From Xylanibacter ruminicola 23 (lineage in GTDB: Bacteria > Bacteroidota > Bacteroidia > Bacteroidales > Bacteroidaceae): 32,000 nt of DNA. Positions 1 to 7,662 of the stretch are shown in pieces (within the stretch, counting starts at the first letter, position 1; every line of letters starts with the position of its first letter). Location: the NCBI RefSeq assembly GCF_000025925.1, contig NC_014033.1, forward strand, positions 990,001-1,022,000, in the 5' to 3' direction. Made by a program: the position numbers and the translations under genes. The notes below the pieces were generated by a model. It had not been told where the DNA came from. It saw only the letters and a list, made by a program, of their open reading frames with translations, and ran no database searches.

Positions 1-1
1 A

Positions 2-29
2 TGTTTAATGTTTAATCTTTAATCTTTAA
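2..29. repeat. 4 x 7-nt tandem repeat (TGTTTAA TGTTTAA TCTTTAA TCTTTAA) abutting the ispE start codon
   Basis: Read directly from the sequence. The last A of copy 4 is the A of the ATG at 29. The repeat touches the window edge, so it may continue upstream. Confidence 0.8.
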
Positions 30-862
30 TGATAACATTTCCTATAGCAAAGATCAATCTCGGTCTGAACGTTGTCGAGAAGCGTGCTGATGGTTATCAC
101 AACCTGCAGACGGTGTTCTTCCCCGTGCCCCTGCTCGATGCGCTCGATGTGCAGGAGATGGGCGCCGAGTTCCCCTCGCAGTATGATTGCGACCTGAAGG
201 TGTCGAACATCCATATCGATGGCGACGAGCAGCGCAACCTGGTAGTTCGTGCCTACAACCTGTTGAAGCAGGATTTTCCTGATATGCCTCGCGTGCACGC
301 GCACCTGTATAAAGGTATCCCCACGCAGGCTGGTATGGGTGGCGGATCGAGCGATTGCGGCTTTATGATTACGCTGCTTAACAAGATGTTTAACCTAGGG
401 CTGAGCGATGAGCAGATGATACAGTATGCCGCCCGTCTGGGTGCCGACTGCGCCTTCTTTATCCTCAACAAGCCTTGCTATGCCGAGGGTATCGGCGAAA
501 AACTGCAGCCCATACAGCTCTCATTATCAGGCTGGTATCTCTCGTTGGTTCGACCAGACATTCCGGTTTCTACCCGCGAGGCCTTCGCGCTCATAAAACC
601 CCACTACCCCGAGTTTAACTGTAAAGAGGTAGTACAGTTGCCCGTTGAAGAGTGGCGTGGCAAACTAACTAACGATTTCGAGGACAGCGTGTTTGCTGTG
701 CATCCCGAGTTAGGTGCCGTTAAGGATCGCCTGTATCAGCTGGGTGCCACCTATGCTGCCATGTCGGGTTCGGGCTCTACCCTGTTTGCCCTGTCAAAGC
801 AGCCGCTTAATCTCGATGAGTTCGCTCAAGAGGGAACATTTATTACAACTATATCAATATAA
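29..862 (+). CDS. ispE: 4-diphosphocytidyl-2-C-methyl-D-erythritol kinase
   Basis: 277-aa ORF. The N-terminus PIAKINLGLNVVEKRADGYHNL and the GHMP-kinase glycine loop PTQAGMGGGSSD are typical of IspE. Confidence 0.9.
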   Translation: MITFPIAKINLGLNVVEKRADGYHNLQTVFFPVPLLDALDVQEMGAEFPSQYDCDLKVSNIHIDGDEQRNLVVRAYNLLKQDFPDMPRVHAHLYKGIPTQAGMGGGSSDCGFMITLLNKMFNLGLSDEQMIQYAARLGADCAFFILNKPCYAEGIGEKLQPIQLSLSGWYLSLVRPDIPVSTREAFALIKPHYPEFNCKEVVQLPVEEWRGKLTNDFEDSVFAVHPELGAVKDRLYQLGATYAAMSGSGSTLFALSKQPLNLDEFAQEGTFITTISI

Positions 863-873
863 TTTAAAACATT

Positions 874-1914
874 ATGAAACAAACAATCCTTGTTACTGGT
901 GGAACCGGTTTTATCGGCAGTCACACCACTGTAGAGCTGCAGGAAGCAGGCTACGAAGTTGTTATCATCGACAACCTGTCGAACTCAAACGCAAATGTAG
1001 TGGATGGTATCGAGAAGATTACCGGCATTCGTCCTGCTTTTGAGAAGGTTGACTGCTGCGACATGGAGGCTCTCGAAGGCGTGTTTAAGAAGTACCCCAA
1101 GATCGAGGGTATCATCCACTTTGCAGCCTCGAAGGCTGTGGGTGAGAGCGTTGAGAAGCCACTGATGTACTATCGCAATAACCTCACATCGCTCATCAAC
1201 CTGCTGGAGCTCATGCCTAAGTACGATGTCAAGGGTATCATCTTCTCATCAAGCTGCACCGTTTACGGTCAGCCTTCACCCGAGAACCTGCCTGTTACCG
1301 AGAACGCTCCTATCCAGAAGGCTATGAGTCCTTACGGCAACACCAAGCAGGTAAACGAAGAGATTATCCAGGATTACATCCACTCTGGTGCACCTATCAA
1401 GAGCATTATCCTGCGTTACTTCAACCCCATCGGTGCCCACCCATCAGCACTCATCGGCGAGCTGCCTAACGGTGTGCCCATGAACCTCATTCCTTTCGTT
1501 ACACAGACTGCCATGGGTATCCGCGAGCAGCTGAAGATCTTCGGTAACGACTACAACACACCTGATAAGACCTGTATCCGCGACTATATCTATGTAGTTG
1601 ACCTGGCTAAGGCTCACGTAAAGGCTATGGAGCGCGTGCTTGATAAGCCAGAGTGCGAGGCTGTCGAGGTATTCAACATCGGTACCGGTAAGGGTCTTTC
1701 AACCCTCGAGGTTGTAGAGGGCTTCGAGAAGGCCACTGGCGTAAAGGTTAACTGGACCTACGCTCCACGTCGCGAGGGCGATATCGAGCAGGTTTGGGGT
1801 AATGTCGACAAGGCCAACAAGGTACTTGGCTGGAAGGCCGAGACGCCTACCGAGGAGATTCTGCGCACCGCATGGCGCTGGCAGCAGCAGCTCCGCGAGC
1901 GCGGCATCCAGTAA
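874..1914 (+). CDS. galE: UDP-glucose 4-epimerase
   Basis: 346-aa ORF with Rossmann motif GGTGFIGSH and SDR catalytic YGNTK. Length and overall pattern fit GalE. It starts 11 nt after ispE. Confidence 0.9.
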   Translation: MKQTILVTGGTGFIGSHTTVELQEAGYEVVIIDNLSNSNANVVDGIEKITGIRPAFEKVDCCDMEALEGVFKKYPKIEGIIHFAASKAVGESVEKPLMYYRNNLTSLINLLELMPKYDVKGIIFSSSCTVYGQPSPENLPVTENAPIQKAMSPYGNTKQVNEEIIQDYIHSGAPIKSIILRYFNPIGAHPSALIGELPNGVPMNLIPFVTQTAMGIREQLKIFGNDYNTPDKTCIRDYIYVVDLAKAHVKAMERVLDKPECEAVEVFNIGTGKGLSTLEVVEGFEKATGVKVNWTYAPRREGDIEQVWGNVDKANKVLGWKAETPTEEILRTAWRWQQQLRERGIQ

Positions 1915-1926
1915 CTTCAAGATCCA

Positions 1927-2560
1927 AAGGAAGAACATCAGTGTTCTTCCTTTTTTAAATCCATTTCTTTTTTTTGCATCCCGGTAATGCGGTGCGCCTA
2001 TTTTTGCAGGTTTCACCTGCCGGGGGATACCCCCGTACCCCAGTGCAGGGTTCACCCTGCACTCGTCCCAACCTCCTTAGTCCTCCTTATCTTAAGGAGG
2101 ATCTCAAACCACTCCCCAAACCCCTCGCCAATCTTTGGCAAGGGGCTTAACCGCTCCTCCTGTCGCTCTTTCATTAAGGTACGCTCAGGGCATCAAAGCC
2201 CTGGCGTGATTGTTTTTTAATAGGGGCTCTGCCCCTAAAAACCCGTACGATTATGGCGGTAGCGTGAGCGAAGCGAACAAAGCAATATATGGCGAACCCA
2301 GAATTGGGTCGACGAAGTCAACCTGTAAGGGTGACGTAGTCAACCCAATTTTGGGCAAAGGCTCGAGAGCCATACCAAAACTTTGACGGAGAGGGTCTTC
2401 CCTCGTAGTCAACTACATCCCCTCCATATAGGGAGGGGCTTGGGGAAGGTGGATGTTTCTTTTAGTTCTTTTCTTTGCGCCAAAGAAAAGGACAGACTCG
2501 TGGCTGGGAGGGTTGTGAAGAAAGGTAGATGGTATTGGAGGAATTGAAAATGAAAACGAC
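1927..2560. repeat. Hairpin-rich mosaic intergenic repeat block A
   Basis: About 630 bp non-coding, built from short palindromes: GTGCAGGGttcaCCCTGCAC, CCTCCTTAtctTAAGGAGG, GCCAAtctTTGGC, GGGGCTCTGCCCC. It shares modules with block B at 5618-6384 (see findings). Confidence 0.75.
1929..1956 (+). terminator. Rho-independent terminator after galE
   Basis: GGAAGAACA-tcag-TGTTCTTCC forms a 9-bp perfect stem and is followed by TTTTTT. Confidence 0.8.
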
Positions 2561-2611
2561 AAGGTTATTTAAAAAAACACCATAAATTTTCATTATATTT
2601 AAAATAATTTG

Positions 2612-2619
2612 TATATTTG
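2612..2619 (+). promoter_or_regulatory. Bacteroidetes-type -7 promoter box TATATTTG
   Basis: Matches the TAnnTTTG consensus and lies 25 nt upstream of the ATG at 2644. Confidence 0.5.
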
Positions 2620-2643
2620 CAGCAAAATATATAAGTATTACCG

Positions 2644-3588
2644 ATGAAACGATTTATCTATACCTTACTGCTAAGCCTTATTGGCACTTGCAGCATACAA
2701 GCACAAAAACAGTTGGTGTTCACACCTACGTGGACAGCCCAGGCACAGTTTGCCGGGTTCTACGTGGCTGATGCCCTTGGATTCTTCAGGGACGAGGGAC
2801 TGGATGTGATTATCAAGCATCCGTCGGCTTCGAACACCAGTCTTAACCGTCTGAAGAGCGGCGAGAGTCATTATGTGGCCCTGCATCTGGTGTCGGCACT
2901 CGATATGATTGATAAAGGCGACGAGCTGATTAACGTGATGCAGTGCTTTCAGCAGAGCGGCGAGATGATAGTATCACACAAGCCCCTGCGAGGTCTGAAG
3001 AGTCTCGATCGCAAGCGTGTGGGCTGCTTTAAGTCGGGCATCTCCAAGCTGCCCATTGCCCTGGCACGCCGCGAGAAGGTTAACATCGAGTGGATACCGT
3101 TTATCTCTCACACCAACCTGTATGTCTCGGGGGCCATCGATGCTACGCTGGCCATGAACTACAACGAGTATTACCAGCTGATTATGGCCGGACAGCGCCT
3201 GAAGAGGAATCAGATTATATACATGCGCGACATCGGTTGCAACGTGCCCGAGGACGGCGTCTATGTTACCAGGGAGTACTTCACCAAGCACAAGGCCGAA
3301 GTAGATAAGTTTGTGAAGGCCTCGAAGCGCGGTTGGGAGTATGCCATCAGTCATCCCAAGGAAACGCTGGATATCGTGATGCTGTACATGCGACAGGCAG
3401 GCATTTCGGGCAATGAGGACGCACAGAAGTGGATGCTGAAAGAGTGCCTGCGCCTGCTGGTAAGTCCCAGAACCGGCAAACGCACCTATAAGCTTGAGTC
3501 CGAAGGTCTGAACCAGGCCAACAGCATTCTGCTGCAAGGCGGCGAGATAACTAAACCTATCACTTACAAACAAATCACCGAACCATGA
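2644..3588 (+). CDS. Periplasmic substrate-binding protein, NMT1/THI5 (SsuA-like) family
   Basis: 314-aa ORF with signal peptide MKRFIYTLLLSLIGTCSIQAQ. WTAQAQFAGFYVADALGFFRDEGLDV is typical of NMT1-like ABC substrate-binding proteins. No ABC permease or ATPase is adjacent. Confidence 0.65.
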   Translation: MKRFIYTLLLSLIGTCSIQAQKQLVFTPTWTAQAQFAGFYVADALGFFRDEGLDVIIKHPSASNTSLNRLKSGESHYVALHLVSALDMIDKGDELINVMQCFQQSGEMIVSHKPLRGLKSLDRKRVGCFKSGISKLPIALARREKVNIEWIPFISHTNLYVSGAIDATLAMNYNEYYQLIMAGQRLKRNQIIYMRDIGCNVPEDGVYVTREYFTKHKAEVDKFVKASKRGWEYAISHPKETLDIVMLYMRQAGISGNEDAQKWMLKECLRLLVSPRTGKRTYKLESEGLNQANSILLQGGEITKPITYKQITEP

Positions 3589-5633
3589 AGTACAACAGTT
3601 ATATCAAACCTTTCCGGACCCTCTACGCCCGCATCACCATGTGGATCATGTTAACGGTGCTGGTGGTGTTCGTCATCATCACCTATCTGGTTACCTACTT
3701 TGGTGCCAAGGGTGTGCTGTTAGGCTCAACCGAGAATGCCAAGAGCCGCATGGAGATCACTAACCAGCGTATCAACACCGTGATGCATGCTGTAGAAGTG
3801 GCCGTTTACAACACCATCCCCGAGGTGGAGCTATCGCTGGACAAACCCGACGATATGTATCGCATCGTGCGCCGATTGCTCGAAATCAATCCTTATATCG
3901 TGGGCTCAACAGTGGCGTTCGAACCCTACTACTACAAGGAGAAGGGCGAGCAGTTCTCGCCTTATGCCTACAGGAGCGTCGACAACAATATCCAAACCAA
4001 ACAGCTGGGTACGTCCGACTACGAGTACCACTATATGGACTGGTATCAGATACCCAAACTGCTGAAGAAGAACTACTGGAGCGAGCCTTACTACGATCGC
4101 GGTGGCGGCGAGCAGATGATGACCACCTTCTCGCACCCGCTCTACGACAAGAAGGGCACCCTGTATGCCATCATCACGGCCGACATATCGCTTGAGTGGG
4201 TTTCCGACCTGCTCCGTAAGAGCGATATCGATTTCAACAATAAAGCCCTGGAGCTGAATATCAATAGCGAAGCTGAACTGCAGGCCGAATTGGAGAACGA
4301 CAGCGATTTCTTCTATCACTACGCCTACTCGTATATCATCGGCAAGGGTGGCACCTATATCGCCCACCCCATGCGCGAACGCATTCTGAACGATACGTAT
4401 TTCAACCACTCGATGAAATACAACGACAGTATCGACAACCTGATAGGCTACGAGATGATCGACGGTAAGAGCGGCATGCGCACCATCAATCGCGACGGCA
4501 CCGATTTCATCGTCAGCTACAGTCCGATAGAACGTACAGGCTGGTCGATGGCTACGGTCATCCCCAACAACCTGATTACCAACCGTTCCTTCAAGTATGC
4601 CACCATCATCGTGGGCGTCATGCTGCTTGGCTTACTGGTGCTGTTCATCATCTGTCGCAGCATCCTCAAGCGTGCTACCCGTCCGCTGGCCTTGTTTGCA
4701 CACTCGGCCGACAATATCGCCAAGGGTAACCTGAACGCCTCGCTGCCGGTGATACGTACGCACGACGAGATGAAGCAGCTGCACGACTCGTTTGCCATGA
4801 TGCAGACGTCGCTGAAACAGCAGATCGAGGAGTTGAAGACGGTGAATGCCCAGAAGGGACGTATCGAAGGCGAGCTGAAGGTGGCGAGCGACATCCAGAT
4901 GTCGATGCTGCCCAAGATATATCCGCCTTATCCCGACCGCCAGGATATCGACATCTTCGGCAGTCTGACCCCCGCCAAGGCCGTGGGCGGCGACCTGTTC
5001 GATTTCTATATCCGCGACGAGAAGCTGTTCTTTGTTATCGGCGACGTGTCGGGTAAGGGTGTGCCGGCATCACTGGTAATGGCGGTATCGCGCACGCTGT
5101 TCCGCATCGTGTCGTCGCACCTCGAAGAGCCTAGTGGGATCATGCATCAGATGAACGAGGCGCTGTCCGACCAGAACGACTCGAACATGTTCGTCACCCT
5201 GTTCATCGGTTCGCTCGATTTGAGAAACGGTCATTTGCAATACTGTAATGGTGGTCATGATGCTCCGTTGCTGGTGAACCTGAAGGAGAAGTCGCACCAG
5301 CTGTTGGATTGTAAGTCGAACCTGCCTGTAGGTGTAATGCCTGGTTTCGACTTCGAGTCGCAGGAAACGGATATCGATACCGACACGCTGATATTCCTGT
5401 ATACCGACGGACTTACCGAAGCCGAGAACATCCAGCATCAGCTGTTTACCGAGGCCCGCATCTTCGAAGTGGCCCAGCAGCTGTTGACCGACGGAACGGC
5501 ATCGGCTGATGGCGAACCCGTTTCGGCTCAATCGGTTGTTGAGCGCATGGCGCGGGCTGTGCATCAGTTTGTCGGCGATGCCGAGCAAAGTGATGATCTC
5601 ACCATGCTAGCAATAAAAAGGAAGAACATCTAA
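3585..5633 (+). CDS. Membrane sensor serine phosphatase (Cache-like periplasmic domain, HAMP, PP2C/SpoIIE)
   Basis: 682 aa with an N-terminal TM. Cache-like segment: YWSEPYYD...TTFSHPLYDKKGTLYAIITADISLEWV. A second TM and HAMP follow (RPLALFAHSADNIAKGNLNASLP). SpoIIE motifs: GGDLFDF, GDVSGKGVPASLVMA, YTDGLTEA, QSDDLTMLAI. The start overlaps the upstream stop as ATGA. Confidence 0.85.
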   Translation: MKYNSYIKPFRTLYARITMWIMLTVLVVFVIITYLVTYFGAKGVLLGSTENAKSRMEITNQRINTVMHAVEVAVYNTIPEVELSLDKPDDMYRIVRRLLEINPYIVGSTVAFEPYYYKEKGEQFSPYAYRSVDNNIQTKQLGTSDYEYHYMDWYQIPKLLKKNYWSEPYYDRGGGEQMMTTFSHPLYDKKGTLYAIITADISLEWVSDLLRKSDIDFNNKALELNINSEAELQAELENDSDFFYHYAYSYIIGKGGTYIAHPMRERILNDTYFNHSMKYNDSIDNLIGYEMIDGKSGMRTINRDGTDFIVSYSPIERTGWSMATVIPNNLITNRSFKYATIIVGVMLLGLLVLFIICRSILKRATRPLALFAHSADNIAKGNLNASLPVIRTHDEMKQLHDSFAMMQTSLKQQIEELKTVNAQKGRIEGELKVASDIQMSMLPKIYPPYPDRQDIDIFGSLTPAKAVGGDLFDFYIRDEKLFFVIGDVSGKGVPASLVMAVSRTLFRIVSSHLEEPSGIMHQMNEALSDQNDSNMFVTLFIGSLDLRNGHLQYCNGGHDAPLLVNLKEKSHQLLDCKSNLPVGVMPGFDFESQETDIDTDTLIFLYTDGLTEAENIQHQLFTEARIFEVAQQLLTDGTASADGEPVSAQSVVERMARAVHQFVGDAEQSDDLTMLAIKRKNI

Positions 5634-5648
5634 CGTTCTTCCTTTTTT
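5619..5648 (+). terminator. Rho-independent terminator; the phosphatase stop codon lies in the loop
   Basis: AGGAAGAAC-atctaac-GTTCTTCCT followed by a T-run. The TAA stop at 5631-5633 sits in the loop. The sequence is nearly identical to the galE terminator module. Confidence 0.8.
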
Positions 5649-6333
5649 AAATCCATTTTCCAATTTTCCTTCAATAACCATTACCTTCTTTTTTCACAAC
5701 CACTCTTTTTTCTTCACAACCACCCAACCCTCCTTATCCTAAGGAGGGCCTCAAACCACTCCTAAATCCTCGCCAATCTTTGGCAAGGACTTAGTTGACT
5801 ACGAGGGAAAACCCTCTCCGTCAAAGTTTTGGTATGGCTCTCGAGCCTTTGTCCTCAGCTACGCTTCGGATTCGCCATATATTGCTTAATGGGGGCTCGC
5901 CCCCATACCCCGCACTTCGTGCTACATGTTTACTCACTACGTTCGAAAACATTCTTCGACAAGCGAAGCGAGCAGAGCTCGTAACCGCACTTCGTGCTTC
6001 ATGCTTTCTCGTGATAAATCACTCGAAAACATTCCGCACGAGGAGGTCTTTAGAGGAATGCAAATTCTTTGAATCGATATTGAGTCTCGGATTGCGGTAC
6101 GCAATCTGAGCAACGAAATGCGAAATGCTGTTTGAGCGTAGCGAGTTCATTGAGCGATTTGAAGAATTTGTGTTCCGGCCTCCGAGCTCAGGACGTTTTC
6201 GCACTCTTTCTTTTGTTTCGGTTTTCTTTCTGGTGACAGAAAGAAAATGAAAAGCCCTCCTTAGGATAAGGAGGGTTGGGTGGTTGTGAAAAAAGATGGT
6301 GGTTATTAAAAGAAGAATTGGAGGGTTGTGAAA

Positions 6334-6361
6334 TAAAAAAACCTCCTTAAGACTAAGGAGG
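6334..6361 (-). terminator. Rho-independent terminator for the permease gene, embedded in block B
   Basis: On the minus strand, CCTCCTTAgtctTAAGGAGG is followed by TTTTTTTT. It lies 24 nt downstream of the stop at 6385. Confidence 0.65.
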
Positions 6362-6384
6362 GCAAGGGTGGATTTGAAAAAGAA

Positions 6385-7662
6385 TTATTGACTATTTCTT
6401 TTTGCTTTCTTGAACTTCGCCATGTACCCGTAGGTGTACGACAGGATGATATACGATATTAATCCTGTCAGGATTCCGTCACAGATACTGCCCGTAATCG
6501 ACATGAGCAGGATGGTGAGGAACGCCGGCATCGACTCGAGGTAGAACGTTACCTTGATGTGTCGTACCACGGCAAACATAAAGAATCCCGCTACTACCAT
6601 GGCTGGTGCTGTGGCCGATGTGGGGATGGCCAGGAAGATGGGCGAGAATACCAGACTGACGGCAAAGCACAGGGCTGTTACCAGTGCCGATACACCAGTG
6701 CGACCGCCCTCGGCAAAACCCGTTGAGCTCTCAACAAACGTGGTTACGGGACTGCAACCTAAGCAGGCACCTGATACGGTGGCCAGGGCATCGCTCAGCA
6801 TAATGCTACGCATATGGGGAATTCGTCCGTTCTTACGGATGATACCCGCACTGGCCATCACACCTACCACGGTGCCCAGAGTGTCGAACACATCGAAAAA
6901 CAGCATCGTTGTTACACATACCCAGAAGTCGGGCCACATCAGATACTCAAAGTCGAACTGACATAACAGTGGTAGTGGCGATGCGGGCATCGAAATCAGC
7001 TCTTCGGGTATCATGGTAACGCCAGCGGGCAGTCCTACCACGGTTACAATCAGGATGCTCAACAGCAGTCCGCCTTTGATGTGCATCACGGTAAACAGTC
7101 CCGTCAGCAGCAGTCCCAGCAGGAACAGCAGCGATGTGGGTGTGGTCAGCGTCTCCATATGGTTAAAGATGGTACCCTCGGCCAGGATGCCGCTGTTCTT
7201 GAAACCAATCATCGCTACAAAGAAGCCTATACCGGTGGCAAAGGCATATTTCAGCGTGGTGGGCACCATCTCGAAGATAATCTGTCGCAGGTTGCTTACG
7301 CATATCAGCACAAACAGCAGTCCCTCTACCAGTACCGCCGTCAGTGCAAACTGCCACGAGTAGCCCATGGTCAGGCATACCGTCTCAACAAAAAAGGTGT
7401 TCAGTGTCAGTCCAGGAGCCAGTCCGAAGGGGCGCTTGGCGATAAACGCCATGAACAGCGTGCCTACGATGGCCGAGAGGGCTGTGGCGGTAAACAGCGA
7501 CTGTATGGGGAATCCCTGTTCGCTCAGGGGGGCAAAAATCACCGGCATCAGTGCCAGGATGTAAACCATGGTGACAAACGTGGTGATGCCCGATATGATT
7601 TCGGTCTTCAAACTATCTCTCTGCTGAGAGAATCCTAAGAGGGTGAAGAATTTTTCTTTCAT
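6385..7662 (-). CDS. NCS2/AzgA-family purine (adenine/guanine/hypoxanthine) permease
   Basis: 425 aa and polytopic. The N-terminus FTLLGFSQQRDSLKTEIISGITTFVTMVYILALMP is characteristic of AzgA/PbuG-type permeases. Confidence 0.8.
   Translation of the reverse strand: MKEKFFTLLGFSQQRDSLKTEIISGITTFVTMVYILALMPVIFAPLSEQGFPIQSLFTATALSAIVGTLFMAFIAKRPFGLAPGLTLNTFFVETVCLTMGYSWQFALTAVLVEGLLFVLICVSNLRQIIFEMVPTTLKYAFATGIGFFVAMIGFKNSGILAEGTIFNHMETLTTPTSLLFLLGLLLTGLFTVMHIKGGLLLSILIVTVVGLPAGVTMIPEELISMPASPLPLLCQFDFEYLMWPDFWVCVTTMLFFDVFDTLGTVVGVMASAGIIRKNGRIPHMRSIMLSDALATVSGACLGCSPVTTFVESSTGFAEGGRTGVSALVTALCFAVSLVFSPIFLAIPTSATAPAMVVAGFFMFAVVRHIKVTFYLESMPAFLTILLMSITGSICDGILTGLISYIILSYTYGYMAKFKKAKRNSQ

Larger units (their letters stand above)
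5618..6384. repeat. Hairpin-rich mosaic intergenic repeat block B
   Basis: About 765 bp non-coding between convergent genes. It contains a perfect 35-bp inverted repeat (5714-5748 / 6255-6289), several CCTCCTTA..TAAGGAGG palindromes, and a tandem ~45-nt unit (CGCACTTCGTGCT..TCGAAAACATTC) at about 5909-5953 and 5986-6034. Confidence 0.8.

Noticed and set aside
5795-6109. 104-aa ORF inside mosaic repeat block B, and likewise the 77-aa ORF at 1987-2220 inside block A
   Set aside because: Both lie wholly within palindromic repeat modules that occur in both orientations. Neither has a TAnnTTTG box upstream. The composition is low-complexity, and the reading frame is not preserved between the two blocks.
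5714-6289. Classical promoter inverton controlling a neighbouring gene
   Set aside because: The segment bounded by the inverted repeat lies between the 3' ends of two convergent genes, so a flipped promoter would have no downstream gene to drive. It is kept as a finding only as a possible MITE or non-promoter invertible segment.
1927-6384. Possible CRISPR array, considered because of the many short repeated palindromes
   Set aside because: The repeats are heterogeneous and are not regularly spaced with unique spacers. They occur in both orientations, and no cas genes are present.
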